DNA of 56,274 nt, counting the filler, from Bipalium vagum (lineage: Eukaryota), in assembly GCA_037834085.1 (NCBI GenBank). It is 3 parts of 3 records of this genome, joined end to end, with 100 filler letters (N's around TTAATTAATTAA, not from the genome) between each part and the next. Parts side by side here need not be neighbours in the genome. Positions count along the whole stretch, not along the records: positions 1 to 17,731 come from JBBMKC010053595.1; 2 more parts are not named here. The stretch is one strand, 5' to 3'. Every line of letters begins with the position of its first letter. The stretch's first letter is position 1. Below, one piece after another: positions 1 to 13,850 of this stretch. Made by a program: the position numbers and the translations under genes. The notes beneath the pieces were generated by a model that was not told the DNA's origin, searched no databases, and worked only from the letters and a program-made list of their open reading frames with translations.

Positions 1-3000
1 CATAAATCTTTCTCATATAGTCTACTAATTTCTCGGTACCTGCATGTATGAGTCTTTTATGCATGTCTTTTACCATGCCTACTTTTTTTGATCCAGGAAT
101 CCATATTTTCCCTTCCATTGTCAGTACAACATTATCTGTAAGTCGAAAGTTCTTGTTTTTTCCATCATTTAATATCTTTCAAAATTATTTTGATTTCGTC
201 GTTATTTTCTTGCTATTTACATCCCGCGCCGTTCTCTATTCCATTTATTGTTCTTGTCTCTATTTTTCCTTCTTTTGCCTCTTCGTGTTTACTCAAACAT
301 TGTGTACACGTTTCGCAATTCATACTGGAAAACATATCTGCATTCGAGTGTTTCTCGCCTTTTCTTAATTCCAGCTCCATATCTAAGCTACTAAGGAAAT
401 TCAGCAATGTTTAAAATTGAGGAGTGATTGATTTTTCGGTTTTTCTCATAAATGTTATTGCTTTGTGGTCCGTGCGTACCAGAAAATTCTTGTCATACTA
501 ATAATGTTTGAAATAAGTAGTATATAGCCAGTAGTCCTTTTCTTGTTATGCAAAAGGATTTTTCATGAGCAGATAGTGCATGCGATCCGTATGCAATAAT
601 CCTCTCTTGATTCCTTTCATCTATCTGGGACAGAACTGCTCCTATCGCGTCAAAACTCACGTCTGTATCAATTATAAAAATCCTGGATGTACCAGGTAAA
701 CATAATATTGGGGCTTTTGTCAATGCTTCCTTCATTTCTTCGTAAGCTCTGCTACAATCTTCTGACCACATTAGTTTTGCGCTCGTACCTCCGTACAGTG
801 CCTCTAAGGCTCTGATATCTTCGAATAATAAAGGATGAATCTCCTGTAATATTTACAAATACCCAGGAAGCTCCTGAGGCTCTTCAAACATTTTGGTCTT
901 TCGAATTTTTGGATTGCATCTATTTTTTCTGGATCCGTTCTGATTCCTCTCTTATCTATGATTTCCTCCAGAAATTTCACTTCCGATCGTAACAAGTGAC
1001 ATTTTCCTGGATTTATCTGTAATTCAGGGTTTTGCACTTTCTCCAAGACCGCGCTCAGTATTTCGTAATGTTGCTTCTCATTCTTTGAGAATATCAATAT
1101 ATCGTCCATGTAAACCATAGTTCATTTTAAGTCTCCTAAAACATTTTTCATCAGTTTCTGAAAGGTCCCTGGTGCAGCTGCTATACCAAAAAGCAGTCTC
1201 TTGAAACAGAATTGTCCATTTTTTGTGAAAAATTCTGTTTTCTCATAAGAGTCTAGATGTAGTGGTACTTGATAATAGGCATTTCCGAGATCAATGGTAC
1301 TCATGTATTCAGTTCCGTATAAGTTGTCTAGCATCTCTCTCACATTCGGCATCGGGAATGCTTGCCTCTCCATTATTTGCATTTAATTTGATGAAATGTA
1401 AACATAATCTTACGTCTTTCCTTTCCTTCTTCCACACGCATATAGCGGTGAATTCCATGGTGAGTTGCACTTTCTGATGATGTCGTTGTTGAATAATTTT
1501 TTTATTGCTTCATCAATCTTCTCCTCCAAATGGATAGGCTGTCCCCATGGTTTAACGTTTATTGGTCCCCCTTTGGCTATTATTTTATGCTCTGCCATTT
1601 TTGTTTTACCGATATTCCAATTATCTGTCGTGAATACTCTTATATGTGTTTATGATTCGGTCCAAAATGTTGTTGGGTGTCATAACTAAAATTTTTAGTG
1701 CCCTCTGTAATCGTTCTTCATTGTTTTTTCTCCAAAATTTCGCCTCTATGTTGCATATTTGTTAATTATATCTGTCTTTCACCGCTTTTCTTTCTAGAGA
1801 AAACCCGAACTATCTTTGTAATTCAATCCCACCAATCAATCCTGGCTGAATCTCTTTTACTATTATAAATCTGACTTTCTGTCGTGTGTTCCATATACAT
1901 ACGCCCACTTTTATTACACCCATCGTTTCAAGTGGACTATTGTTAGCACATTTCAGATTTTCTTTGCTATCTCTTAATTTAACGTCATTTAATTCTTCGA
2001 AAACCTTCCAGCTCATCACATTGATACGGGCCCCTGTATCTAATAAACATTCGAATTTGTATCCTTGAATCTGAACTTTTACACTCGGCCTGCCTTTCAT
2101 CTTATCATAGCTGATCTGTTGTCCTCTTTCTTCTAATAGCAGTATCTCGTTTCCTTCTTCTGCACTGCTCGTTCTGTCTGCATCGATATTCAGTTCCTCC
2201 ATTTTTATAAATCTGTACACTTTCTCCATTGCATCATCAGTTTTGTATATTTTTTTGTCCGCTTCCTCTTCTATAATATTTAATAAATTACTTCTATTAT
2301 ACATATAAATATCGCGATGGTTGACTTGATCTAGTTTATTGCTCCGACCAACTCGACTTCGTGTGGAGCGTTCACGTTGGGATGTTCTTCTCTAAATGTG
2401 TCTGATTCTCGATCGTAAAAGTACCATTTATCTCCTCTCCGAATGAAGTCCACATCCTCGTCTTCTAATACTCCATTAACGTACTTTGTGTGTGGCTTTT
2501 GCTTCTTTTCTCCAATGTTGCACTGCCAAGTTTGATAAAATTTTGGATTTCTTTCGATATTTCCTCTTGTGTATGTTGCTCGTCGTCCTACGTAATTCTC
2601 CTTTCCGTTGTAAGACAATTTCCCAAGATTTGTGTAGCATTCTTCCGTGTGATGTCCGTTTCTGTGGCATATCGAGCATTTTGCTTTATTGTAGTCTTTC
2701 CTTAAGTGGTGTTCCAAACCGCAGGTGAAACATTGTCTTCTATTTTCTGGGAATTGTCTACTGATATGTCCAATCTTATTGCATGTCCAGCATACTATTT
2801 CTCTCGGCCCATTTTGAACAGAACTACGTGTTCTCTCCTGTCTTCTTTTTTCTGGTGTTGCGCGTAAAACATCTCGATAACTTCTTACTGTATTTACATT
2901 TTCCACCTTTGTCTTTTCTTCTTGGATGTCTTTTCTTCTTGGATGTCTTCCCATTCTTTGATAATCTTGAGCATATCATTCACCTTTTCAATCTTTTCAC

Positions 3001-3420
3001 TCTTGATTTTCCGCTTCACTTCTTTGTCTTCGCAACTATTCATGATTAGCTCCTTCATTAATTCTTCTTTTTCCCATTTGTGGGCCGTTTGTCTGCTAGT
3101 TCCTCTATTTTATTTTTGTAGACATTGATGTGGTCTCTTTTCCGTCGATAATCAGGGCCTCTTTTATGTCTTTCATCATCGACATTGGTTTATGGAAGGC
3201 CTTCTGAAGTCTGTCATCGAAACCGAGAGAGTTGTCTTCATTTTCGTATACATCTCTGATTCCTTTGTCTAAAAAGGCTACTATGAGGATGCTTCGCATA
3301 TTCTTCTTCACTCCAGCACCATCAAAGTATCTGGTGCATCTCTTGATAAATTTTTCAACACATTCTCCTTTCTTGAAGAATTGCTTCGTGGAGTAGGTTC
3401 AGAGAGTTGTGGTTCGACAT
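1..3420 (-). mobile_element. Degenerate Ty3/gypsy LTR retrotransposon internal region (gag with zinc knuckles, protease, RT, RNase H; integrase expected beyond the window edge)
   Basis: Minus-strand fragments in gypsy order: gag from ATG ~3420 with CCHC-type knuckles (CWTCNKIGH, CFTCGLEHH, CSICHRNGHHTEEC); protease LLDTGA (2304-1810); RT motifs SPWNSP, IDLGNAYYQV, FGIAAAPGTFQ, YMDD; RNase H DTDVSFDAIGAVLSQ and KHSNAD. Multiple stops and frameshifts. No LTR recognised. Confidence 0.95.
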
Positions 3421-3702
3421 GTTAATTGTGACTAAAAAATCATTACACTCCATAATAATTTATTAATTCAAACCGTTTTCTGTTTTGTTCATGTTGCTAT
3501 TAAAACAAATGAAATTATAATACTTTTCACTTATAAAATTTTCGCATTTAATTCAAATATATTGAGCTTTAAAATTTATGCTTGTTTTTATTAAAAATTT
3601 AATTTATACTTTTATTTAATTATTAAAATCTTTTAGCTCAATATACTGCAAATTAAATTAAAAAATTAAATATGTTACTCAGATATTTTTAGCTTCTTAG
3701 AG

Positions 3703-4898
3703 TTAATATTTGGTATATCCCGCAGCTACATCGATTTTTGCGGAAAGCCTTCGCTCCATAGAATCTAAAAGGCTGTACCGGTAATTCTTTTCTCCCATGA
3801 TAGTGGTCCACAAATCATGAAACTTGCTGAACAGAGCGTCAGATGTAGTTGGATTTATGAGTATATGATTAAGTTGGTGTTTCATGCGCCCCCATACATT
3901 TTCGATGGGGTCAGCATCGGGACTGAGAGCTGGCCACGACAAAAGAGGTACGTTATGATCATCGAACCAATTTCTTGTAAATTTGGCAGTATGGATTGGC
4001 GCATTGTTTTGCTGGTAGATTTCTATGTTGTTCATTTAATCGACGAGAAGAAGGAGTTTCTGCTCTAATAGCTCAAAATATTCTTCAAAATTAAGCTGCT
4101 GTTGAATTCTAACCAAATTACTGTAATCATTTCTAGAAAACGATCCTCACACCATGCAGTGACATGAACTACTGTTTGGAAGATGGGTAATAAACCGATC
4201 CTGCAATCTAGTGCTTTTTCTACGCCATACGAACTGTTATCTATTATTCATCTGGAACTTTGATTCTTTACTGAAGATGATTGCTGATTAGTTTGTTTGG
4301 TGATGCTATTGTGCTCACAACAAACGCGCTGCTTTGTGAGCCTTTGAAAGAAAGGGTTTGTGTGCTGGAGAAAAAGAAAGAAAATTCAATATCCTTCAAG
4401 CGGCGATTGATCGTTCCTTATGATACTTTTTGAATTGCAGAAAAGTTTGATGCTACTTGCCGAGTTAATTTGAACGGATGTTGTTCGACATATCTCGCAA
4501 TATGCCTGTCAAACCTACCTGTTGTTTTTCGCGGTCTCTTAAATTTGACACGGTTTCTTTCATGTCGCAGATCATTATTGATGTTTCACTGGCAATATTT
4601 ACTGACAGCAGACAGTGTCAAATCAAGAGTACTGGCTATCTGTTCATATGTCCATTCCACATGTTTGCGTAACGCATAAATCTGTCCTTAGTCAAAAAGC
4701 GTTAAATCGAAACCACGCAAATTTTAACGAATATACTGGAAATCAAACTAAACTAATATTCTAGCTGAATTATAAAGTAAAAAACACTTATATAGTTTAA
4801 CAAAATGAATTACAAAACTTTAAATTAGAATTGACAACTATAAATAATCTGATATAGTGTTGAATATTTTGTACTGGAAAATTTAATGTATCAGACTG
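3703..4898 (-). mobile_element. Tc1-family DNA transposon, degenerate transposase
   Basis: C-terminal ORF 4035-3703 has YQQNNAPIHTAK and WPALSPDADPIENVW and ends GYTKY. N-terminal HTH region with RPRKTT..DRHI near 4480-4720. A TA|CAGTCTGATAC terminus lies near 4898 on the minus strand. The other TIR was not found. Confidence 0.88.
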
Positions 4899-7800
4899 TA
4901 TATACATACAAATCAAGCGTTTAACAGATATCAGTGTTGATAATTGACAGAAAAAAATTGCTAAAAAATAAAAAAATAAAATAAAAAATAATTGCTAAAA
5001 TCTTAAAAAGTACAAAAAATCTTGTTCTTGGGTTCATAGGTCTTTAAAAAATTTATTTGACCATGTTATTTAGTGAAATTAGAGAAAATAAAAAATTCCG
5101 AATTGAGGAAATGAACAAAAACGTTAAATTGATTCTAAGATGCTGAGTCTAACCTTTACTTTAAAGAATTAATTAAAAGTATTGATGATTGTTCAATAAA
5201 TTAAAAATTGTGCTATTGATCAATTAATATAAATAAAAACGTACTAATATAATTTTAAGACTTTTATAGATAAAAAAAGCCTAATAGTTTTACTTAAATA
5301 AAATTCATTACCATAAGACGAAACTTTGTTTTATTAAATTAAACAAGTTCACTCAATAGTTCGTATTGTTAATTTATATACTTAACAATACAAATGCACT
5401 AACTTCTCTAAAGTTAGTAACATCGATTATAAAAAACATTTGATTTCATTTTTTTCTCTTTTTTGTATGAACTCCATAATAATAATAATGCATATATGTT
5501 TTAAAAATGTTGAGTGGATGGTTTTTTAAGATTTATGCAGTATACATACACTTTGACAAAATTATTTGCCCATTACATATATCTGTATATTATATATATT
5601 ATTGTAATTGATTAAATTTTGATGTTAATGAAGGTCGATATTTCAGTCAAATGGAGATGCATTGGAATGTTCGTAATGTCATAATGTATATTTGATTAAA
5701 TAAAGTATTTTTGTGTAAAATATCCTTGTTTTATTAGGACGCATAATGATGACAAAATATAAAGTAATATTCATTCTAATATACAATGGGCAAATAATTT
5801 TGTCAGAGTGTATTTCTTCTAACTGACTTGAGTTTAAACTTGTTACATATATATAAATGTTTTCCACAAATGATAAAAAAATAATTATTAGTGTATACTA
5901 AATATATTATTTACTTATTTTTTGTTTATAATATTTTTCGAATAATAATTTTGCAAAGTCAAAAATAACATCGTGTTTGATGAAAAACACGGATTTATTC
6001 GCTTGACCTTGAATGTAGCATTAATCCATTGTTTGGGTATTTAAGGTGAGTCCAAACCAACAACAGTTGTTCGGTTCAAAGATGCTGCAAAGAAAATATT
6101 TCTTTTGTTTAAAAGGACATGTGGCAACGATAAGCTTAGAGAATCAAGGGCTTGTCAATGCTGAATGATATGAAACAGTTAAATTACTGTATGTGATTTT
6201 CAAAATTAGAGAGATCAATCGAAATAGATAAATTATACTTCATCATGGCAGCCCCATCGATTTATCAGCATCTAAAATACTGGATTGATGATCTTTTTCA
6301 TCTGACTCATCACCTTGTTCCCAACCATCGAAAGAGATTAAGTGGTGGTCATCAATTCATAAAAAATATCTTTTGTTATTGTGCAATCAATTTTGTATGA
6401 TTCACCCTTATGATGATTTTTCGATGATTCTGACCACACCATTTTAACCTCTTCAATTTCTTAATATAGCGTATGTTCTTCAGGAAATAAGTCTCATTCC
6501 TTCTTCTTTGAAATTTCTTTGAACACTTGTATGTGGAATTTTAGTCTCTTCTCCTTCTTAATTTTTGAAATATATTGAATATTGAATACATATAATATAT
6601 CTAACATATTGTATTAGATACTTGTATACAAACGATTGTTGAAAATGTAATTAAAATACGCAGCCTTTCAGTAATTTAAAATAATTTATATAAATAAATT
6701 TGCTAGCTCGCAACTGAAGTTTCTGCTGCTGGATAAAATATAATTATCATTATCATTATTATCATTATTATTAATATTAATATTTAAATTATTATTGAAA
6801 TTATGAAAATTATGAAATTATTATTAATTTTATTGTTACTATAGCAATAATTATTATCATGATCAAATTTGTTTCTATATCAATCTTATAAATTAAGTAT
6901 CTAGTTTAATCATATTTTCCTCTATGAAAATATCCTAACATATTTCTTTTCAAGAAGGATACAAAACATTTCCATGAAAAAGAACTTTCTTGTTGATTAT
7001 TCTATTAATACTTACAGGCAAAGTGAATAAGGCCAAGATATATTAATAAGTTGACAATTGAATCCTCAAATTGTATAAACATGAACGATTTCTGATTTCG
7101 TAAGTGGAAAGAATCACATTACAAAAATATCTTCATTGATCATAGCAGACTTTTTCCTGGAAATGGAGGAGTCCGTTTTTTTCAAAAAATTCTTGCAAAT
7201 AAAATTTAATAAAATAATTTAGAAATATAATGATCCATTTTAAATGTAAGAGAAATTTAAAATAAATAATTCGCAAAAATGAAATATTTGAAAATGAATA
7301 ACTGAGCAAAATTAATTATTGGTTGTGTTGATGAAGAAAAGAAGATGATTTATGTAGTCGACAAATAATAATTATTTTTAATAATTGTAATTAATATAAT
7401 AATGAAAATATTCCATCTTAAGATTATCAGCATCTCGGATAGAAAAGAATAAAGGATTTCCAATGTTGATTTTTTCTGAGCTAATAAAATTGAAAATATT
7501 GGTTTTACTCAGTAACAATCAATTTAACATCGGATTTTTATATATCACATATATTATTTCAAATTTAATGTACTGTTACTAAAATTGAAAATTTTCCAGT
7601 TGAAAAAAAAATATTAGTAATAATAATAATGATAGTAATAAACAAATAAATAAATAATAATAGTAATAAAAAATAATAATATTGATAATAATAATAATTT
7701 TAATTATTATAAAAAATAGCAGGTTACATTTATTTTCTAAAATTATATTAAATATCAACTAATATTTATAAAATAATAAATCACTTTATTGGCAAATAAT

Positions 7801-9054
7801 TTATCATAATTATTTTCCAAAATTCAATGGAGGCTGCTAATGCAAAATTACTTTCATTGACATTTAAAAAGAATATTTCAATATTTTTTGGAAGGGGAAA
7901 TTAAAGCTTTGATTATATCGAGATAGGAAATCTATAACGTGATAAGCCATGCAGCATGTAAAAAATGTAAATATTTTTTATATAATTTATAAATTATAAG
8001 CTATTTTCTGATATTTTTTGACAAGATATAATACATTGAAAAATAAACATGATCTCTCGGTTCTGTTCTGATCTGTTAGACTTTTGCAATTTCGTGGATT
8101 TTTTTATAAAAAATATAAATATTCCTAAATTTTAATGAAAAGACAAAAGTACAATTTTTTAAAACAATTTTCGAGGAAACTAAGAATGCTCTGTTAATAA
8201 AATTAAACAACAGTTTTCATAAATAACTGAAGTGGTAATTACTTAAGGGATGAATATTTTCAAGATATTTTATAAAATTGTCAGCCAATTTTCCCATCGT
8301 AAGGAATTTGTGCTAATTAAATGTATCTGTAACTTTGATGTGAAGACAGTTCTGGATTTGTGACCCAAACTATTTGTGAGTTACTAATTAGATATAAGGC
8401 GTTTCAAAAAACCAAATTATGTTACAGTTGTTTTAATCTTTTACTTTTCATCGACATCTCGTACGTCAGATGAAAATGATTATGTAATACACGAAACAAA
8501 TTTATTTTTAAATCTTATAATAAGTTTAAATCAATTGCTGCAGGTTGTTTCGATATTAATATCATAGCAAAAAAATTAAATATAAATATAAACACAACAT
8601 CAGAAAATATAAACTTTTTTGTTGTTTTCCTAACTGCGAACGAGATTTATGAGTTTTAAGTAATTCAGGCTTATGAAGACCAAATGAACAAAGGACTTTT
8701 AAAATTGTGGACAAGTTGAAACAAATTCTTGATGAAGACTTCAATTTGTTCATTATAGCAAAAGATATTTTCCCTGAAATCAACTATAGTTCAGTTTATC
8801 GAATCATAACTCAAAAGCTGCTGATAAAATGCACCAATACTCGGCGGATTCCTAATTGAAGAGGTTTTGCCTCTCTGGATAATAAATATTCATGGTTATT
8901 GAAGATTGTTTCCAGTATTGAATTATTTTTCTTGACTTCACTTTATCTCAAGCAGAACATATCATTACTACAACGTTTTTTTAAGTAAGACTTTTATAAA
9001 CATCAAAAACAGAAGCTCCTGAATTAATAAATGTCAAACTTTGAGAATTTACCA

Positions 9055-9450
9055 TTTTGACATTTGAATGACCAAATTATACCAATGTCTAATGGCTACA
9101 ATAAACCCGTTGTATTTGGAGGTAGGAAAGCTACTTTTACATTTGACAACTGGATCTGAGTGTGACTCGTTCTGTTATCAATTAATAAAAGAATTTTCCG
9201 TTATAATTTTCTCATATAGTCTTACAATTCGTGATTTATATAATGTAAAAGTCCCCCACCCCTTTTCGAGGAATAATATTCTACATAATCTTGAAAATTA
9301 AAAGAATTAACAGACTGAATAAAAGACGCAAAGGGTATCCTTGAAAGTAAATTTTTGCTCCCTTTAATCGGAGCCTTTGAATAAGATCGGACAGGAACTG
9401 AGCGAAAAATAAAGTCCGGTTTCATCCATATTAAAAATAATATCAACCGT
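9055..9450 (-). mobile_element. pogo/Tigger (CENP-B-like DDE_1) transposase fragment
   Basis: Minus-strand translation gives IFNMDETGLYF and RKILLLIDNRTSH..LSNVKVAFLPPNTTGLL*PLDIGIIWSFK, with frameshifts. Confidence 0.85.
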
Positions 9451-10749
9451 TTTTACATTTTTATTCGATATATTTATTTTTTAAAAATGAACAGAAAATA
9501 AAATAAAATGATTTTAAATTAAATTAAATTAAATAATTAATTAACACGAACTAATTAATAAAGATATCAATTTAGGAAAATATTTATCAAAAAATCAAAT
9601 TAATTTTTTTAATTTAAAATAATTAATTAAATATTCAATTAAAAAATAAAAATGACAAAAAAATTGTACCATGACTGTTTTACGATATTTTGAAGAGGCC
9701 GAGATTATTTTTGTTTTTTCATCTTTTATTCATGAAATTTATTTTAGGAATAAACGTGAAATAAATATAATATAAACAATATATTCATTGCGGCCAAAAA
9801 TATTTGATATGACCCTAAAATATTTCCATTTTTAGAAAGGTATTCAAAAATATCATTGACTTCAGAACGAAAATTAATATGTAAATAAATTCTGAGAAAT
9901 GGAAAAAAATCGATAGATTAAAACAAATCTGGGGGCTGGTAAATTAAATAAAATTATTTTCTCTTTTTTTAGCAAAAAAAATTAAATTAAAAAAAAAATT
10001 AAACAAAATCTAATATATCTTAATTAATCACACCGCACTTTATACAAGTTTTTAAAAATATCCTTGGCTAATTATAATACAGAAGAATTCTAACAAGATT
10101 TCCTGAAGTAAAAAAGAATGCTTTTTAAAATTAAATTGGGATAAAATCTTCTTGTTAAATGTTCACGGTCCATTGATTTAGTTCATAAATGGTTTTAAAA
10201 TTATTAAATGTCTTTTAATGCCCCTTATAGGACTTCCTGTTTTCAGCAGTGGTCTGTTGGGAGCTGTTCCAAACTTTCCAACGTTTCTTGTGTTGCTTGT
10301 TATGGTTGATCGCGATCTGTTGGTTTATTTTATTTTATTATTCTGTTGTCATGGATTTCAGTCTAGAAAGAAGTCCAAAAATTAAAAGTATTTATCAATA
10401 AGAAAATTAAATTTATCTCAATTATCGCTATAAAACTTTATATATTTATTTATATTACATTATATTATTAGTATTTTAGTATTTTATAGACAAAATGTAT
10501 AAATATTGGTTGAAAATTAGTACCCTATCAAACATGTTTTACTGGAGAATTTTAAAAATGAAACTCTATAGAGACAGCGGAATATCAGTTTAATTAAAGA
10601 ATTTAAATAGTTTGCAAGCAAGTCCCTTTGGTTTTTAAGAATGAAATTACACTGCTGTTTATATTAGAGACCCAATTTAATTATAAGCCCCTAATCAACA
10701 AAACTTCAAAATAAATATTATTATTAATATACAGGCGTTAATTGATTAA

Positions 10750-11660
10750 AAACCCTCCATCGGCCATCTATCTATCAGTGAATGAATGCCATCGGAATAA
10801 AATTCATTAGTTTTTATTTAGTCAAAAAATTTTTGTAAGTCATTTCTTATGTCGTCTAAGGTTTTCATGATTGTTTCCCTTAAGGAAGTGAGCAATAATA
10901 ATTTGAAGCCGCGATGTTTGGGCTGTATGGTGCATGTGATCAGACTTCATAACACAGCTCACTTAATTTTTTGTCATTTTTGATAAGGAATTATAAAGAT
11001 TTTACATAATCTTAATAATTCAGTAAAATCAATAATTAAAATTGTTTTAATTAATGATTTTTATAAAAGACCAGATTTTCAAATAAATAAAATTTAGTTA
11101 ATTAATTATTTGTTTATATGAAATTTGAGAAAATGAACACACGGGGTTTAGCATTATCACGCTGAAGAATAATCATTTTTCTACTAAGAAAACTGGATTT
11201 TATTTTTTGAAGAGCGCAACTGTCCACTTTTTGGCAGTAACTTTCGAAGTCAATAGTTTCGCCATTTTTCTAGAGTGCCCAATAGATTCCAGAACTTTTT
11301 TTGGGAACAGGCCTGGTTTTGAGGTCGTAAGTGGAAGTTTTTCAGCCGATAATCATTGCTTGCAATGATCAGGATTAGTGTCTTCAACCGTTTTTTATCG
11401 GATACCAAAATTCTTTTCCAAAATGTATCTCGATCATGTCTTATGATGTTTGCATTTCACATTGTAACCCACTCAGGTTTTATTTGTCCGGTAAAGCACA
11501 TGGTTCCCATCTTTCTACTCTATATGATTTCCCTATTTCTTATCGAATCCACATGACAATCGAAAATTGTGGCCAATTTTCAGTACTTTTTTTCGGGTCT
11601 TATCACTCAATAGCTTTAACTTGTCAATGCCGACAACGGATGAGAGATCTTTAAGAATTC
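10750..11660 (-). mobile_element. Degenerate mariner transposase interrupted by an AT-rich stretch (~10990-11135)
   Basis: Motifs RWEPCAL (WVPHEL-like), KRILVSDKK, KPGLFPKKVL, LQRDNAKPR, HAPYSPNIAASNYY and FYSDGIHSLIDRW across frames. Confidence 0.8.
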
Positions 11661-12177
11661 TGTTGTCATCTTTAAATTTTCTAAACTACTGTTTGCATTA
11701 GCTAACATAAAGTTCTCAATGAGGATAGATTGTCAGAATTTTTCACAAGGCTTCTTTAGCTTGCTTGCTTTATTCACAACTTGGTTTCTATTGACTACCT
11801 TTTGTTTAGATCGCTTCAAAATTCTCCGAACTGAAAATTTTTCTAAAAACAAACCCAAGGAATTCTAAGAGCGATTATAATAAAATTTATAGAAAGCTGG
11901 AAGGTCATTAATCAAAATGGAAAATACATAATTAATTAAACCTGTTTTTGCCAATAATTTCATTTGGACATTTTATGATTTCAAAAAAAACAAATTGACT
12001 TATTTACAAACTCAATGTTACCTTTTTATGAAAATTTTTCAGAAATAATACATATGATTATACATTTAAGTCTGAATTTTATTTAATTCAACCGCCTTAA
12101 TATGACTGCATCTTTAATTACGGATCTCATTAATACAATTCCTTATTTTGTAAATACAAAAATATAACATCATATAA

Positions 12178-12232
12178 TATAAAATAAAATAATATAAAAT
12201 AATATACTATAATATAATATAATATAATATAA
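12178..12232. repeat. Imperfect (AATAT)n microsatellite
   Basis: Direct reading of the sequence. Confidence 0.7.
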
Positions 12233-13003
12233 AATACAAGTTAAGATCCTAACCTTCAAAATACAGGAAATACAATTGCGTAAGTTGGTGTTATGATTGA
12301 CACGAATCGTCATTGATTAGCATTTTTAATTCATCGTCATCTAACTTTTTCAGGTGACCTGAAAGAAATTTGTCATGGATACTTAAATGGCCCTGTAAAC
12401 TATAAAAATATGTAAATAATTTTATATTTTCAAGATTATAATAAAAATTGACAATTTTTCATTTATTAAATTTTGTTTATTATAATATATTATATATTTT
12501 TATTATATTATTTAATATTTTAATGTACTACAATAAATATTTTTAAATAATAATATACTTTTTTATGATAAATATAAAAACACCTACTTACATTGATATT
12601 TTCGTAAAAATATTATTTATTTTATCGATTTATTTATTTAAGTCAGAATTAATAATTTTTCTCAATTTTAGTCGAAAACATTTTCATATTTTTATATAAA
12701 AATATAATCACAATTATTGATTGAGTTTAATGAATTATATTTATAAATGAGGTTTTAAAATTGTTATTAGTTAAATGAAAAAACAAGAACTTATTGGAAG
12801 ATTAATTATATATAATTTATCACGGATAAAAACTCCAGACTGCTTAATGATGATTTCATTATCATTAATTATCTACCAAAAAATCACGAATTTTTGAGAA
12901 ATAATTTGCTAAATATTAGAAAAAATGTTTACAATTTTTTCTGTTTTGTTTTGAAAATTGACTATTAACATAATATAATATTATAATTAATAATAATAGT
13001 ACT

Positions 13004-13005
<2 letters not shown>

Positions 13006-13049
<44 letters not shown>
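13006..13049. repeat. (AAT)n microsatellite
   Basis: About 14 perfect AAT units. Confidence 0.95.
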
Positions 13050-13052
<3 letters not shown>

Positions 13053-13602
13053 CAAACTATTAATGAATCTATTATTTTTTGTTAATAAAAAAGTTATTTT
13101 TTCTTATATTCCTTTATGTTATGTCGGTAAATCAGAAAATTACTTACTTTTTTCATTAACACAAATCATAAGAAATAATATAAGAAAGGTTTATGAAGCA
13201 AAAGAAAGATGAAAAGTATCGAACATATGCAATATTCTGAAAAGGCTGAATTAGGATTTGGTCAACCAAGGAGTTCCCCATCTAAACATCCGTATTGGTC
13301 AATGACAACATTTGTAACGTGTGGCGGAGGATTCGTGAAAGAAAACTGTCATGTTGTGTCCATACCAAAAGAGCAGACCCAGTAATTTGTCTTCCATTTT
13401 TTATACTTAATCTCTATAAATTTAAACAAAATTTATATATAAAAAATTATACATTAACATGAAAAGAAGATATTTAATTTTTAACACCCGTAAAAAAGAC
13501 AGAAAAAGTAACGCCTTTTTAATCTAGTAATTTTTTTCTTAAAACAATTTATTATAATAGGTAAAGAAACCATTAAAAGAACGATTTATTAAAAAATTTA
13601 GG

Positions 13603-13850
13603 TAACATGTTCAAAATGCTTCCCTCCACGTTCAATACAACTCTGAACCCTACCAGTAAAACTGCTCAAAACCTTTTAACACATTTCTGCGTTAATTCAT
13701 CAGAAATAGTTTGTTTAAATTCTGGAATTGCTTTCAGTTTAGTAATTTAGACAAGAATTTTCAAGACTTCCCAAAAATAAAAGTCTGGGGGTGTTATGTC
13801 TGGTGATCTTGGTGGATTCTCAGTACTTCCACGTCGTCTAAAACACCACT
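13603..13850 (-). mobile_element. Tc1/mariner superfamily (rosa/DD41D-like) transposase C-terminal fragment
   Basis: RRRGSTENPPRSPDITPPDFYFWEVLK ... RVQSCIERGGKHFEH resembles the WPPRSPDLTPLDFFLWG ... GGHFEH signature. Confidence 0.8.
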
